A stretch of DNA of 64,000 bases from Lama glama (GCA_028534125.1 CM052817.1:30196001-30260000); one strand, 5' to 3'; shown: positions 24,101-38,385, counted from the first letter of the stretch. The notes: generated by a model not told the origin, from the letters alone. Program-made: numbers and translations.

Positions 24101-27100
24101 AACTAACTCAAAAAGTCACACATACCATCTGAATGGCAATTCAGAAATGTTGAACAGGGTGGTTCCTAGACACCTTCTTCCTTTAATTTCTATTTGGAAG
24201 ATTCCTTTCTAGCTCCTGGGGGAAGAGTCTTCCATTAGTATCAAAAACAAAACAAAAAATGCCTTGGTAAATTAAATAATTATTTTTCAAAAATAAGAAT
24301 TAAAAAATATTTTATATACAATTTATAGAATGTAAAGCCCTACACAGGCCTTATCTGAAATTAAAAAGCGAAAGAAAAAAAGAAAACAAGGTGACCATCC
24401 TCAAGAAAGCGTTTGATGAAAGAACGCATAATCAGCACCAAAAATCTGAAATAAGAGGACTTGTGAGCATTTAGCACATCAGTGAATGACTTTCCTCTGT
24501 GTTCCATATCATCTTCTACTTGTGTTGTCACACTATATTGAAAAACAAAATGTTCATTTATCTCCCCAAGTGGAAAGTGAACTCCTTGAGGACAGGAACT
24601 AATGATTTATGACTGTGGACCCTTCTGTGTAGCACAGTGATGAGTTCTCAATAAAAAATTTGTTGAAAGAAAGGATGAATGGTTGTATGGATAGATGACT
24701 AGGTCAAGTGAATGCTGCTGCTCTGCACGATTATACCAGCTCTTGGTCATCAGATCCTGAAACAGGTTGGCCTGGAGAGGTAAAAATGTGTTTTGTGGAA
24801 ATAAATTCTTTCCTACTCGGTAATTCTATGAATACTGATGTTGTTGTTAGCTGTTCATTGTTACTCATACTTAGCAGAGGAGTTTCCTGGTATTTCAGCA
24901 TAGTTTATGTCTTTTGCCTCAGGATTGTTCTAAAACATTTCTACTACTTAACTCACAAAATATCCTGAACTAAACAACTATAACAATAGCAATTCACATC
25001 AGTTAAAGTTTTATCAGTGTATCTGAAAGCAGAGATAAAAATGAAACTGAATCGAGTCAAGAGCCAATTGGATTCTTTATTCAGATATTGTCGTCTGCCA
25101 ATTATCAAGCAATTGTCTACAAAATGAAATTCTAATGTATTGGTCTCTCTGTAGGTGAATATGAATATGATCTATTATAATAGACTTCTCTATTATTTGG
25201 TAGAAATTATGGGTATCTGAACAAAATATGGAGGTGGCTATGGAAAGAGGGAGATCTCCTTAAAATATAGAGTAGAAACACTGATTTACTGCATGAAAAT
25301 ATTAGTGCAACATCTTAAGTATTCTTAGCACTAGTTAAGAATAAACAAAACTTTGGGGGAAAATAAAGCAAGGGGGTGGCTTTTGTTCCTGTAATATTTT
25401 TCTTTGGTCATTTAACTGCTCCCCAGGATGGATTCCACCCTAGGCTCTGAAAATAACTAGAACAAAAGAATATAGAGACACCTGGAACCAGTTTGATTAT
25501 CAGTCCTCAAGTCAATCATGCTGGGGTTCCATTCTGATCTGTCTTTATAGTTGCTGTAACAGAGTTCTTTGGGTGAGCTTAAGTTCCAACCAGTACTTGG
25601 TTTTGATAAGTGGGATCACACTTCATTCTTCTACACTTGACTCTTGCTTTGGTTCCTTCTTTAATGTTCTCACTCTGTAAATAATCAGCTACTGTTTTCT
25701 TCTTCCTAGTCTTCCTGGGACCTCAAATCACAATCCTGAACTCTGCGTCCCTCTAGCTCTGTTCTCATTTCCTTGTTTTCTCTCTTCCTTTACATTCTCT
25801 TAGAGTTTTCCCTAACAGTGGAAGAGGGTCTGGCCCCTTAAATAGCACAGTCTTAGAGAAGGCTGACAAAGTTTAATGGATAAAGAACTATTCTGACTTT
25901 AGAGGATCACAGGCCCAAGTGTTAACAAGGGAACGTCCATGCCCGCTAAACCTATCCCACCATCTACTTCCACCGAGGACTGTGTCTGATCTATAAAACT
26001 GAATAATTTCAAGATCCCATTGACTTTACTTATTAAGTCATCCAGGAAATTACTGAAGAATCCTCTCACTACCACCACCCCACAAGCTGGTTTATTCATT
26101 ATATTTTCTGGTTTTAATTCATCTTAAATATTTCAGTATCAGTAGTATGACATGTGTGTGTGGACAAGTTAAATTTAACTAACGCTCTGGAGGGAGTTAG
26201 TTAGCCTAAGAAATGTCTCAATATGGATCAACCCCTTTGGGTTAATTAATTTGCATAATCCCTAGGAGAAACAACTTTTGTTGGTCATAGCAAAGGGATT
26301 CAAGATATGTGAACAGTTAAGAGGAGTTTAAGAGAACTCAGTGTCCTTGCATGAATAAGATATGAGGGGACCATGCTTGGCAACAATCTATGCCCAAAAT
26401 GTTGCCCTCCGTGTCTAGGGCTCTTGACCTGGAGTCATCTTGCCCCTGGATCCAATTACAAAGACTGTAGATGCTGCCATTTGAACTTCTTATGTCCCCT
26501 TAAGAGTGAATGCTTTTCAAGGATGATGCTGGTCTGTGAACCTGAGGGCAAGAGAGCGAACCTCTCTTCACTGAGCTGAAAGAGTTCTGTGACTATGCCT
26601 GCTTATTAATAAATATCTTCTGGTTTGGGCAAATTTTGGTTTAAGATTTACTTTCATTGTGGCCTAACATTTGATAGAGAGGTTGCAAAAGGTCTAACCT
26701 GGGGTGGGCATTGATGTTTACCAGAAGAACCTGACTTTACTAAAGGACCAAATTGGTTTTGGCACACTTGGGTAATCTGGAACTGTTCACAGGAACTGTA
26801 GAGTTTAAAAATGAGAAAACGAGGAGTGAGCAGCTAGTATTTAAGAAAGAGTTGCCAGGGCTTTATACATGGAACAGGGCCAAAGGTAGCAGCAGTGAGC
26901 AAGTTGGTTAGAGTGGGTACAGAAAGGGAAGGCTTACTCACACCTGAGTCTAGGCTCTTAAACCTGGACAAGGTCTCCCTGGGAAAAGAAGCTTAGAGTC
27001 TAAGTAGGAAAGCTTGTGGCAGAAAAGATACTTTATTTCCAGAACACTTATAGATAATACAGAAACTAATTCTTGAGCATGATTATTGGTATACAAGTGA

Positions 27101-29759
27101 GCCAGAGATATTTGAAGTCTTAGAATGCTTCCCCAAAGAAAGCCCACCGTGGCACATGCTAGCACGGACAAGACTGGAATTGAAAGATTACAGATTTATA
27201 GCCGTGGATCAGAGCTCAGGAGAAAGATGAAAGGTTTGCCAGTCTAAGCTACTGGCTAAAAAAGTCATTAAATTCTATTAGACTCTCTTCTTGGGGGAGG
27301 GCATGATTAATGAGTTAATAACCAGAGTTGGGAAAGCTAGAACATTGTAGGAACAGGAAACTGAGCATAGCTTTGTACCATTCCACCTTGGGAAGGTCTA
27401 CATTGTCCCCACGCACAGATTAACATTTACATCACAGTCTGTTTGGAGAAAATTAGTATCCAAGCCCCCCTTTCTCCTCATTCTCCATGTTCTTTTTCTC
27501 TAAAAGCAGCAGATAAAAAAAGAAATGCTTCTGGTTCTTTCTATTTGGCTGAAACACTGGCTGCAACTACCGGGTGCCAGGAAAGGAGAGATACTATAAA
27601 TAACTTTATTTTCTTTAGTAAATTACATTTCATACAAATTCTATCATATTTAATACAGTAGAAGTAAAGAGTTTATAAACAGTCTTTTTTTTTCAATTTA
27701 AACAAACAGTCTATAGTCACATTTTAAGAATTTGGTTAAAAAAATATAATTTTTCACTGATTTATAAATCATCAAAATTAAAAAAAATGTAAATGGACAC
27801 CAAGTCCATATAGTGCACGGGATCTGCATAAGGAACTTGGCTGTATAGCCCAAGATATTTCTGTTTAATGACTGGGTAATTAAAATGAACCATTAATTTA
27901 TGAGCATTATCAATTATCTTTACAAACAGCTGTTCTTACCGAATTTGCCAAACCTCTCAAACAGCTTCATCCTGTAGCAATGTAGCAAGCAGTGTTAAAA
28001 GAAAGTGGAGAGAGAGAGACAGTTCATTTTGGCTGCAGTAATGGAGCCAACGTCTCCATTTTTAGTAAAACTTAATAATAACTCACATTTATCAAGCCTC
28101 TAGACTCTACATGACACTATACAGAGCAGTTCAGATACAGCATCTCACCAGTTTTTTCCTAACAGCCCTCTCAGATATTAGCTCTGCTTTAAAGATGAGG
28201 AGAATCAGATTCAACCTGGTTAAGTTATTCATTCAAGATCATAAGGCCAGTCAGAGCTGCGTTCTGACTTCCATAAGCCCTTAGGCACTTATGCCTTTGG
28301 TGGACCCCTTCCTCCATAAACAAACAAACAAACAAACAAGCAAACAAATAATATTTTGTTAACTGTGTAACTATGAAGACAATTATTATCTAGGCTAGAT
28401 TCACTATTATATGTTCATTGCTCTTACGGTCAGTTGTCTCTTTCTGATTTTAAGAGAATTTAAAATTAAAATAGACACCATGCCTACTGTGCCTAAAAGT
28501 TAAGCTGGCCCTGCAGGTACAGGATTAAACTCAGACCTATGAAGTGAGCTAAAAACCTATGCCCTTCAGTTTCCTTCCCTCAACCCTGTCACCATTAAAT
28601 CACCAACCTCACCTTCTTTTCCACTGCTCTCAAACTTAAAACAAAAAAAAAGTGTATTAATATATCAACGTTACCCTGAATTCTATGAGTTTGCAGAATT
28701 CCAGTTCCTTTGCTTCCAAGATATAACACTCCAGAATTAATTGAGAAATGTACAAAGAAAATTGTCACAGCATTTGCAATGCTGCAAAATGAAAGGATGT
28801 GTTTTGTTCATAATCATTTGAACTCTTAAAGCTGTAAAGAACAAAGATGCCTAACCTATCTTTACCGTTCATTTCTGTGTTATTGAACCAAAACTGCCTG
28901 CAGGTGCATGGGGCTATTTAAAGGGAATTGTAAATCGCTTTCATATCTTACTAACGTAGTGAGGATGTATAAATAGTGGCGCATGGCAGATAATTAGTTT
29001 ATGCCACACATTATTGTGCTTACGAGCATCTGGATATCAACCACTTGGCAAGGCAGCCAAAGGAAGTTATTGCGAACAAAATACTACAAGTCATTTGCAA
29101 AACGCTGAGTGGTGAATATTCAAGGGACAAAAGAATATGTTACACTTGTGCTAATGTTTAAGATTGTAGCTAAGTAAGGCGATTTAGAGAAACAGTAACT
29201 AAGCTTTGCAATCAGGTAATGGTGTACGTAATATTTCAGGCAATGGTGTGTGTAATTTTTCCTTTTATTACTTTCTTATAAAAATGATAATAGAACAAAA
29301 GCATACATACAAATACAGGTATTATATAAATTGTACTTTCCTACTTCACAGAAAACTAGTAGAAAAAATTAGGAATGTTTATTCCTAGAAAAGAATTGAT
29401 ATATAATATGGGTGTGGATGTATGTGTATACAGTATACCATACTCTGTAAATTCCAAAAGAAATTCTAGGATACATTGGCATTCTCTCTCTTGTCAGGCA
29501 GTTGGAAATCTGTCCATTCACAGAGAAGGCTTGCCTAGAGCCCTTGCAAACTATGGGCAGTTTTTCTCTTATATTCCATGTACCATTCAGCTTGGAGGTG
29601 GATAGGCCTTGTATTTGGTACTCACTGCAACATCCAGAGCTTTGTCTTCCCTACTATCTAAAAAGCTCAGCTTCTTTGTAGGTAACGTCTTCAGTATCTA
29701 GCCTCTTACCCATTTTTGCTGCTTATATTTCCTGCTTTTTGCTACTTTTTACTAGTACC

Positions 29760-31330
29760 TCAAGTCCCATAATTTTGTCTGTATGACTCTGCAACCCCTT
29801 CCTTGACCATGCGCTTGTCATTGCTCACCTAACTCAGATTCCGTGATGCATTGCCCTGTCCATTACCCTACATAGACCCCTTCACTTTCTCCTCTCTTAC
29901 TTTATTGAACTAATTTGAGAAAAGCCCAACCCTGTGTGAACTCAACTCTTGACATACTCTGTGCCGGCACCTGGGCAGCTGCACGTGCCCAGAGAAACAT
30001 GTCATGACCAAAACCCTCCAGTGAACACGCAGTGCCCCAGGGCCATCCTACTGTATTTCTTTAGACAGTTTTCTGTCTCTCACTCAGTTGCATGATTATT
30101 TCATTCCTTCTTGTCTCTCCTCAAAGCATCCACAACTCCTCCCTGCCTTACTCTCTGCTGATTATTTTGCTTCTCAGAGAAAACAGAAGCAAAAAGATAA
30201 GAGAGAGAGCTTCTCTATGCCCAAGCCACCAAGTCTAAAATCTTATGTGTACCCACGTCTTCTACATGTACACTGGCCCCCGCTCCATCTTGTCTATCAA
30301 AGGCATAACTCCACTGATTTTCCCCATTTACTTCACAGCCTGAGTTTTTCCCTGACTACAGGTTCATTCCCATCCACAGACCAACATACTATAAAATATT
30401 AAAAATAAACAAGGACCTAAAACCCTTCTCTCCAACTTATGTTCTCCTATAGCTACTGCCTAGTCCATTTGCTTCTCTTTTAGCAATATTCCTCAGAAAA
30501 AGATCTATACTTGAAGTTTCCACTGCCTTCCCATTTTTCTCTTGGAGTCATTGTCGCTCCAATCCCATCACTGAAAGAGATCATGTCAGTGACACCAATG
30601 GCCTGCATGCTGCCGGGTGTAAGGATCACTTACTTCTCAGAGCTCACTTAATTAACAGCATTTGAAACAGTTGCTCACATCTGTCTCCTTGAAATACTCT
30701 ATTTACTGGATGTCTCAGGTACCACTTTGTCTGGTCACCCTCATAGTGCTCTAGCCATTCCTTCTTTGTCTCCTTTGCTGAGCGCTCATCTCCTCTACCT
30801 TCAGAGTGGCCAAGGCTCCACTCTCAGTCTGTATTTCTTTACTCTCTGTGTTCACCCACTAGGTAACTTTATCCCTTCCTGGCTTTGAATACCATCTGTA
30901 TGCTGACCCTCCAGTCTAATCTCTGCTTTAGAACTGCTCCTGAATTCCAGACTCACATGTCTATGTGCTCACTTGGCATTTCCATTTGGATGTTTAATAG
31001 GCACAGCAAGCTGATCATGTCCAGTACTGAACTTGGGGTAATCATCCCCCAAATATGCCCTCCACATGGTCCTCTCCAGCTCCATAAATGGCAGTTTCAC
31101 TCTTCACGTTGTTCAGATCCCAAATATTAAGTCCTCGTGGACGCCCAGTCTTCCCTCCCAATCCATCTGCAGGAGTTCTGTTTCTACTTTCAAAACATCT
31201 AGAATTCTTCTCATGCTCACTGAATCTACTGTTTTGTCCAAACTGAAGTCTGTTACTTAGACTGAAAACTGCTGTTGAAGGTTCTCTGCATCTCTCTTGG
31301 CCTCCCTATATCCTCTACCCTACACACCTG
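29760..31330 (+). mobile_element. Long degraded L2 LINE (ORF2/3' region)
   Basis: L2 hallmarks: gcatttgaaacagttg...ctccttgaaatactct, ctcctgaattccagactcacatgtc...cacttggcatttccatttggatgtttaataggca. Confidence 0.75.
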
Positions 31331-32029
31331 CATTGCTGTGTAGGAGAGGCTTGGGTTTCCACTCCAGTCATGTGGGAGCTCAGCTCACTGCACAAGCTGC
31401 CCTCAGGGGGTTGGGAGTGGACAGATTATATATACATATAAAATTCTGACCAGTTTTGAGCATTTTTCATTTTTTAAAGTCACTTAAAACAAGCGATATT
31501 TCCAATCAGAGTAATATATACATGATTAAAACCCCCAATATTATATACATATATGCTGAAATTTTAAACTCTGCTTTTCACCCCTAAGTTGCTCCATCTC
31601 AGAGGCAAAAACGTCTTTTAACCTTTTAACATTTTTTTTTCTTAACAGTTGTTTCCTCTATATTCAAACAAAATACACAGATTTATATTTTCTGGTTATT
31701 TGATTTCAAGTATCATCTCCAGAGGTCCTGCTCTGAGGATTTAGCCCCCTTACCTCCCCACCTCTCTATCTCATTGGCCCTATTTAGTTTTATCACTATT
31801 TCTAGTTGAATGAATAAATAGTGCATACATGATTATGGTTACGGCCAAGTAGGGAAATTCTTGTTCCATTTTATTTCTTTTACAGTATTTCCTTTTTCCC
31901 TGAAGTTTTAATTATCTTGCACTTTCTTGATTATATCCTGGAGTGTTTTTTCAAACGTTCATGAGGTCAGGAATTCTACTGAGGTCCTCTCTCTCTTTAC
32001 TTCTTTTTAAAAATCTTTTAAGTGTTTCC

Positions 32030-33285
32030 ACTTTTATTGTGAAATAATTAAAATATATCACTGTATAAGTTTAAAGTATATAGCATGATGGTTTGATTTA
32101 CATTCATTGTGGACTGATTACTGCATTAGGTTTAGTTAACATCCATCATTTCATATAGATAAAATAAGAAGAAAAGAAAAAAATTTCTTATTGTATTGAG
32201 AACTCTTAAGATCACTCTCTTAACAACTTTCTTTTTTGTAGTTTTCTTTTTAAAAATTTTTTATTGAAGTATAGTTGATTTGCAATATTGTGTTAGTTTT
32301 AGGTACACACAGAGTGATTCAGTTATCCAAATATACATATTTTTAGATTATTTTCCATTATAGGTTATTACCAGATATTGAATACAGTTCCCTGTGTTAT
32401 ATAGTAAATCTTTGTTGCAAATACATTTGAATTTATTCAAATATATGTGTATCTGTTAATCCTATACTCATAATTTATCCCTCCCCGGCTTTCCCCTTTG
32501 GTAACCATAAGTTTGTTTCCTATGTCTCTGAGTCTGTTTCTATTATGTAAATAGATTCATTTGCATTATTTTTTAGATTCTATATATATGTGACATGTAA
32601 TATTTGTCTTCTCTGACTTATTTCACTTAGTATGATAATTTCTAGGTCTATCCATGTTGCTGTTGCAAATTGCAACATTTCATTCTTTTTTATGGATAAT
32701 ATTCCAGTATATGTGTGTGTATTATATATATATATCTCACATCTTCTTTATCCATTTGCTGATGGACTCGTAGGTTGCTTACGTGTCTTGGTTATTGTAA
32801 ATAGTGCTGCTATGAACATTGGAGTGCATGTGTCTTTACAAATTTGAGTTTTCTCTGGATATATGCCTAGAAGTGGGATTGGTGGATCATATTATAGCTC
32901 TATTTTTAGCTTTTTAAGGAACCACCATGCTGTTTTCCATAGTGGCTGCACCAATTTACATTCCCACCAGCAGTGTAGGAGGGTTTCTTCTTCTCCACAC
33001 CGTCTCCAGTATATATTATTTGTAGACTTTTTGGTGGTAATCTTCCTGACCAGTGTGATGTGATATGTTGTTATGGTTTTGATTTGCATTTCTTTAATAA
33101 TTGATGATGTTGAGCATCTTTTCATGTGTCTTTTGGCCATCTGTATGTCTTCTTTGAAGAAATGTCTATTTAGGCCTTCTGCTCATTTTTTGACTGGACA
33201 ACTTTCTTACATGTCATACAGCAGTGTAAGCTGCAGTTGTCATGTTGTACATGACATCCCTACTACTTATTTATCTTATAACTTT
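32030..33285 (-). mobile_element. Older L1 3' end, split by a younger L1
   Basis: Segment 32030-32233 (gagaactcttaagatcactctcttaacaacttt) resumes at 33198 (acaactttcttacatgtcatacagcagtg...ttatcttataact). Confidence 0.7.
32234..33197 (-). mobile_element. 5'-truncated L1 (ORF2 C-terminus plus 3' UTR) with TSD
   Basis: ORF 32892-33140 ([32 protein letters not shown]) is the L1 ORF2 cysteine-rich C-terminus; 11-bp TSD acaactttctt at 32223-32233 and 33198-33208. Confidence 0.92.
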
Positions 33286-36200
33286 TTTCCCTCCAGATGA
33301 CATGCCTATTAGAGTCTTCATTCTGTTTTAAACTGAATGACAGGATTTTTGACAAAAGTATTTATCCAAGTTTCATTTTATCACTTATAATAAGGCGACA
33401 GGACAATCTTCTATGTACCATGCAGGGTTATTATGAGCATTAAATGAACCATGTAAGAAAATACTTTATCAACTACAGAGAGCTGAAAATGCATGATGGT
33501 ATTATTACTGTTATTTTTTAAATTACCATTCTCATGTTGTGTTATTATGTCAATTTCACAAATGCAAAATACTAAATTCAAGAGTTCAGAAAGAAGAAGT
33601 TCTTCCATCAGTAACTGCCTGAGCAATCCAGATTAGTATTTGGCTGATAGGCAGCAGAGTATCTGAAGGAACACAGGCTTTGTAATGAAAAGATCTGGAT
33701 TTGAAACTTGGATTTTTCACCAACTGACTCTAGTTAAGTCATACACTAGCTGTTGTATTGAACCCAAGAACATAACAAAAATTCACCTCTAAATATTGCT
33801 TTTATTTTCTTTTCTGATTTGACTTGAATTTTACATTGAAAGGCTCTGATATTTTTTTTTTCGGCTTAGTATCTTGAAAAACTTTCTCATTTAGGACACT
33901 GTGGGAAGCCAGAAGAAACACCATCTGTTGACACTGTGAAACCAGCACCCTAGGAAGGGAATTTGAACATTTCCTTTTTTATTTTTTATTTAATATATTT
34001 ATCTCTCCCCTCCCTTCCTGTAGCCCCTCTGTTTACTGAGATATCAAGTCAAAGCTAGCACATTGTTTGACAATAAAAATAGTTATGAAGAGTGAGTTTC
34101 CAAAAGAATATGCTCCTGACGATTCTTAAGTTCCTTCTCAGGGGTCACTTACATGCTATTGCTGTTCACACTGGCTGCCCTAAAACTCACTCCGAGGATG
34201 CTCCATCTTTAATTCTGTTCAGTAAAATGTTGATTATAATTACCCCTAAGCCACTTGTCTCCTTCTCTCCAGCCATCCATTTTAACGTCTAATCCCTGGA
34301 TTTTTTTTTTTCTGCTGATATAATCCAGAACTATTGAATTCATTGACAAATTTTAGAAACTGATTGATTAAGCCCTATTGAATAAGACACTAAATTTTTG
34401 TTAGCTCTCACCCAGGATTTTTCTATATATATATATAAATCCATCTTTTGCTTTGGTTTTTGCTCTTTGTTTGCAGGAATGTTATACATGTCTCAACAGA
34501 GAGGCCATACTTTAACAAAACCAGGCATGCGTTCAAGTGTATTTTCAAAATAATGGCCCTTTTACCTAATGGACAGTCAAATGTCTCACTGTGGTGTCCC
34601 TTTTATCATTTCTTTTCATCAGGAATGTCTGTCAAGTTTGGGAGATAATATGAAACAACCACGCTTGCCTGTAGCTGGTCACTGGCCCCTGTCAAAATCA
34701 GAATTGGGACTTAATGCAGCCTCTAGTCCTTCCTTTTTACCAAAGGAAGTCATTTGAAAAGTTAATCTGATGATTCTCTGACCCACTGATGAGCAGCAGA
34801 AAAATGCAGGCCCATGTCCAGCCTGGTGGAGCCCTTACTGGGAGAACGCAGGGCGACAAGACAGGGTAAGTTGGAGTCGGGACTGAGGGCTGAACGTGCT
34901 TCCGTTTCTCTAAAATATGCTGCTCTACTCAGGTTTTCTCCATTCTCCAACCTTCTTTGAGAAGTGATGGTAGCAATAAACACTACCTGACATTTGCAAA
35001 GCACCAGGATTTTTTTTTTTCATTTTGCATTTCTTTTGACCCACTCTGAGGAAGACAGATGACTTAACCCCCAATTTGCAGAAGAAATCGAGACATGAAC
35101 AGATGAGGTGAGACATTACGGGACGTGGTTGAATATCCAGCCTTTGTCCTCAGACAGAGGTTAGCTCACATTCCTATTCAGCCATTGATTGTGTATTTCA
35201 CCTCCTTCTAAGCCTCCATTTCTCATGTAGAAAGTGAGGGTGACAATATTTATGCAGACGGATCGATAGAAGGATTAGATGGGATACGTATGGTGCCTGG
35301 TTTAGAGTAAATACTCACATATGCTAACTATCTCACTGGGGACTCACGATAAAGCTAAGCTTAGAACCAGGATACTCTCTTTTCAATAAATCACATAAAA
35401 ATTGGCTAACACAGATTTTCAAGTTTAAGAAAAATTCTCTACACGACTGGACACAAATCTGTTTTATTCTGAGAATTTGAAACTGAATCAGGAGCCCTTT
35501 ATTTTTCTTTGTATTTCTTCCTGCTATTTCTCTCTTCTTATGAAGTGATTTTCGCTCTCTCTCACTTTTTGTTTTTTCAGAAGACTCCTCTGTTTCATTT
35601 TGTGTTTTCCAAATAAGCACTTTAAATTATTTGTATTATGTTTTTCAAAATTAACAAATAAGAAACTGATAAATATTGTTGATGGAGTGTTAAGGCTGAA
35701 TTTGTAAAGTGAGCCATATATGTGTTTAATTTAACTTTAAACCTTATTTAAATAAATATGTAATGACAAGAATAAATAAATGTATAATGACAAGAATAGG
35801 TTGAAAGCTTCAGGAAGATACCAGGCAACTGATTCTTAAATTTTTTCATCATAAGAAGCTATTTTTGCCTGGATTGTTCTGCAGCAACATTGCCCTTTCA
35901 AAATAAAAGTCACCAGTTATTCTAAGCCACAGATATATACATACTCATAAATATCAATATCATAAGAAAATCAAAAGTAGGTATAAAATTCACTTTCACA
36001 GTGAATCTAATAAAATAATACATACAATTCTTAAACATTTTAACTTGACAAAAGCATACATATGCATTTACTTGCTAATATTTTGATATAGAGAGGCAGA
36101 CATGTGGCATTTTCTTTGAATTCAAAGTTTTATATTGTCCCTCTTATATGAATCACATCGATTTACAGTTCCAAATTATTTTTCTCTTTTCATTTATTTC

Positions 36201-36386
36201 TTCTTTTTTCTTCCTTTATGGATTTCATTTTGTATCCCTCCCTCCTTCCCTCTTTTCCTTTTTCCTAGTATAACGAGAGTCTGAAGAGGCAGGGGAAGCA
36301 ATCAGACTCAAATCTTGATTATAATTCAGGACTTGGTTACGATCATTCATTAACCTTTATCATTTCACCCTGGTTCTTAGTTATTT

Positions 36387-37130
36387 TGTTACCAAACTGA
36401 ACTTGGGTTTGCTGGCCTGTGCACAGAAAGGCCAATCCACTGATGCTCAGCTGTGTTGAAGGAAAGGACAATCTTCATTGCAGGGTGCCGCGCAAGGCAG
36501 CTAGTGATCAAGACGGGGACTCCTGACGGTTTTCAAGGAAGGGTTTTTAAAGGCAACATTTGGGTGAGGGTCGCAGCTCCTGGACTTCCTTCTGAAAGGT
36601 TGGTGATGAGGTAGCAGGGTGATATTTGGAGGATCTGCTGGTTCCAGCTGGTTGGCGTCTACCTGCTTGTGCTCAGGTCACCATCCTCCACCTGGGGTTG
36701 GGGGGGTTCTTAGTTTCTACGAAACTCAAAGATACGTATCAGGTTATTATGCCTATCCCTTGAGGAGGAACTCGGATCCTGTTTTCTCCCTGAACTACCG
36801 TTTAAGCTGTCATTACTTTTCTTGCTTAACTGCTTTTCCTCTGTTTCCGCATTCCCTCACTTCCCTAATTAGTAACTGCCTGTGCCTGCTCTTTGGAATT
36901 CAGGGTAGGCCTAGGAAACTAAAGCTTTTTTCTATAAACAAGAAATAGGGAACATGGGGCAGGGAGTTTTTGTATCCAGGAGAGCCCCCTCAGTTTCAGT
37001 GCCCCCTTTTCTTTGATACTCCTCAATCCTGAGGGCAACAGGGATGAGACAAGAAAGGGAATAAAGTTTTGGACAGAGAAGTTCATCGTAAACTCGGCAG
37101 CAGAATTCTGTTTGGGGGTACTTGGTTTCA
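36387..37130 (-). mobile_element. ERV1-type LTR element
   Basis: TG...CA termini (tgttacc...gtttca), approximate TSD attt/atct, minus-strand TATA-like cctttaaaaacc near 36545, internal polypurine tract. Confidence 0.75.
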
Positions 37131-38259
37131 ATCTCTCCAAAACCAAATCATCAGAATTATTTTAGCAGTCCACATTCAATACTTAGCAACACAGTATATT
37201 CTGTTTCCAAATGGTATCAAGTTACAAATGTTTCAAGTTAAGTGTTGCCCTGATAAATACAACTGACATATGCAAGTTGGGAACAAAGGCCATTTTGTGA
37301 AGCATCTTAATCCAAGAGGGAGGAGGTCACAGGCATTGTAGAGAGAAAAATCATGGCTGGGAGCAATTGCTGACTAGGGAATCAGTCAGCGCATTTGAAG
37401 GAGAGAATGGGAAACATTCAAGCCAATTGTTAAAAGGCCAGATAAGAAGGCATTTACTGTAATTATTTTCAAAGCATTTATACATTTTTTAGCAAAATTG
37501 ATCTTAATAGATAAAATATTCTTCAGAGGTTGAGTCTGAATAAATCCAATGCATGCAATCCAAACATCTGGGCCACCCATGGAACAGCTTCTTACCTCTG
37601 CTGTAAGATTAGCTAAGTATAGGGTAAGTAAGCTAACAACTGACGGAAGCTGGAACAGCATTTCCCACAATGGGCCATTTAGACGTTGCTTTACAAGTTG
37701 TGGAGATTGAACGTGTGAGTTTCAGACTGAAAATTTCTAATACATAAATTAGATCACAAGATCAATCTCACTTTTTGAGGTTTACAGAAAATGGGAAGAA
37801 TATATTCAAAGCAAAATAAATAGGCTATTACTAGCTATTTCTTTTTTTTTTTTTTTAACTTCTCTGACAGCATCTACTCCTGGTTTTCCTCATGAGCTGC
37901 TCCCTGTCAGTCTTTTGCTAAATTTCCTTCCTTTTCTTTGACCTGACATGAGGGAGCGCCTCATGTCTCAGCTCCCTTCCCCAGACATCCACTGTCTTTG
38001 ATCGAATATAACCACCTTGGGAAAATGTCCTGACCATGTTAGCTAAAACTGGTTTCTCTTGGAACTTTCTGTCCCTTTATCTTCTTTTCTTCATGACACT
38101 TTCACTACCTAGCATTATAATTTATATCTATTTGATTATTTCCACGTCTCTACAAATTGAATGTAAACTCCGTGAGAGATGGATTTTGTCTGTTTCACTC
38201 ACAGATGAATCCCAGAGCCTGAAGCAGTGACTGACAGAGTAGACATCCAGTATTTTTTT

Positions 38260-38385
38260 AACATTTTTTTTTATTGAGTTACAGTCATTTAACAATGTTG
38301 TGTCAAATTCCAGTATAGAGCACAATTTTTCCATTATACATGAACATACATACATTCAGTGTCACGTTTTCTTTCGCTGTGAATT
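38260..38385 (-). mobile_element. Short camelid-type L1 3' end with TSD
   Basis: T-rich tail then ttattgagttacagtcatttaacaatgttgtgtcaaattccagt; TSD cagtattttttt at 38248-38259 and 38386-38397. Confidence 0.8.
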
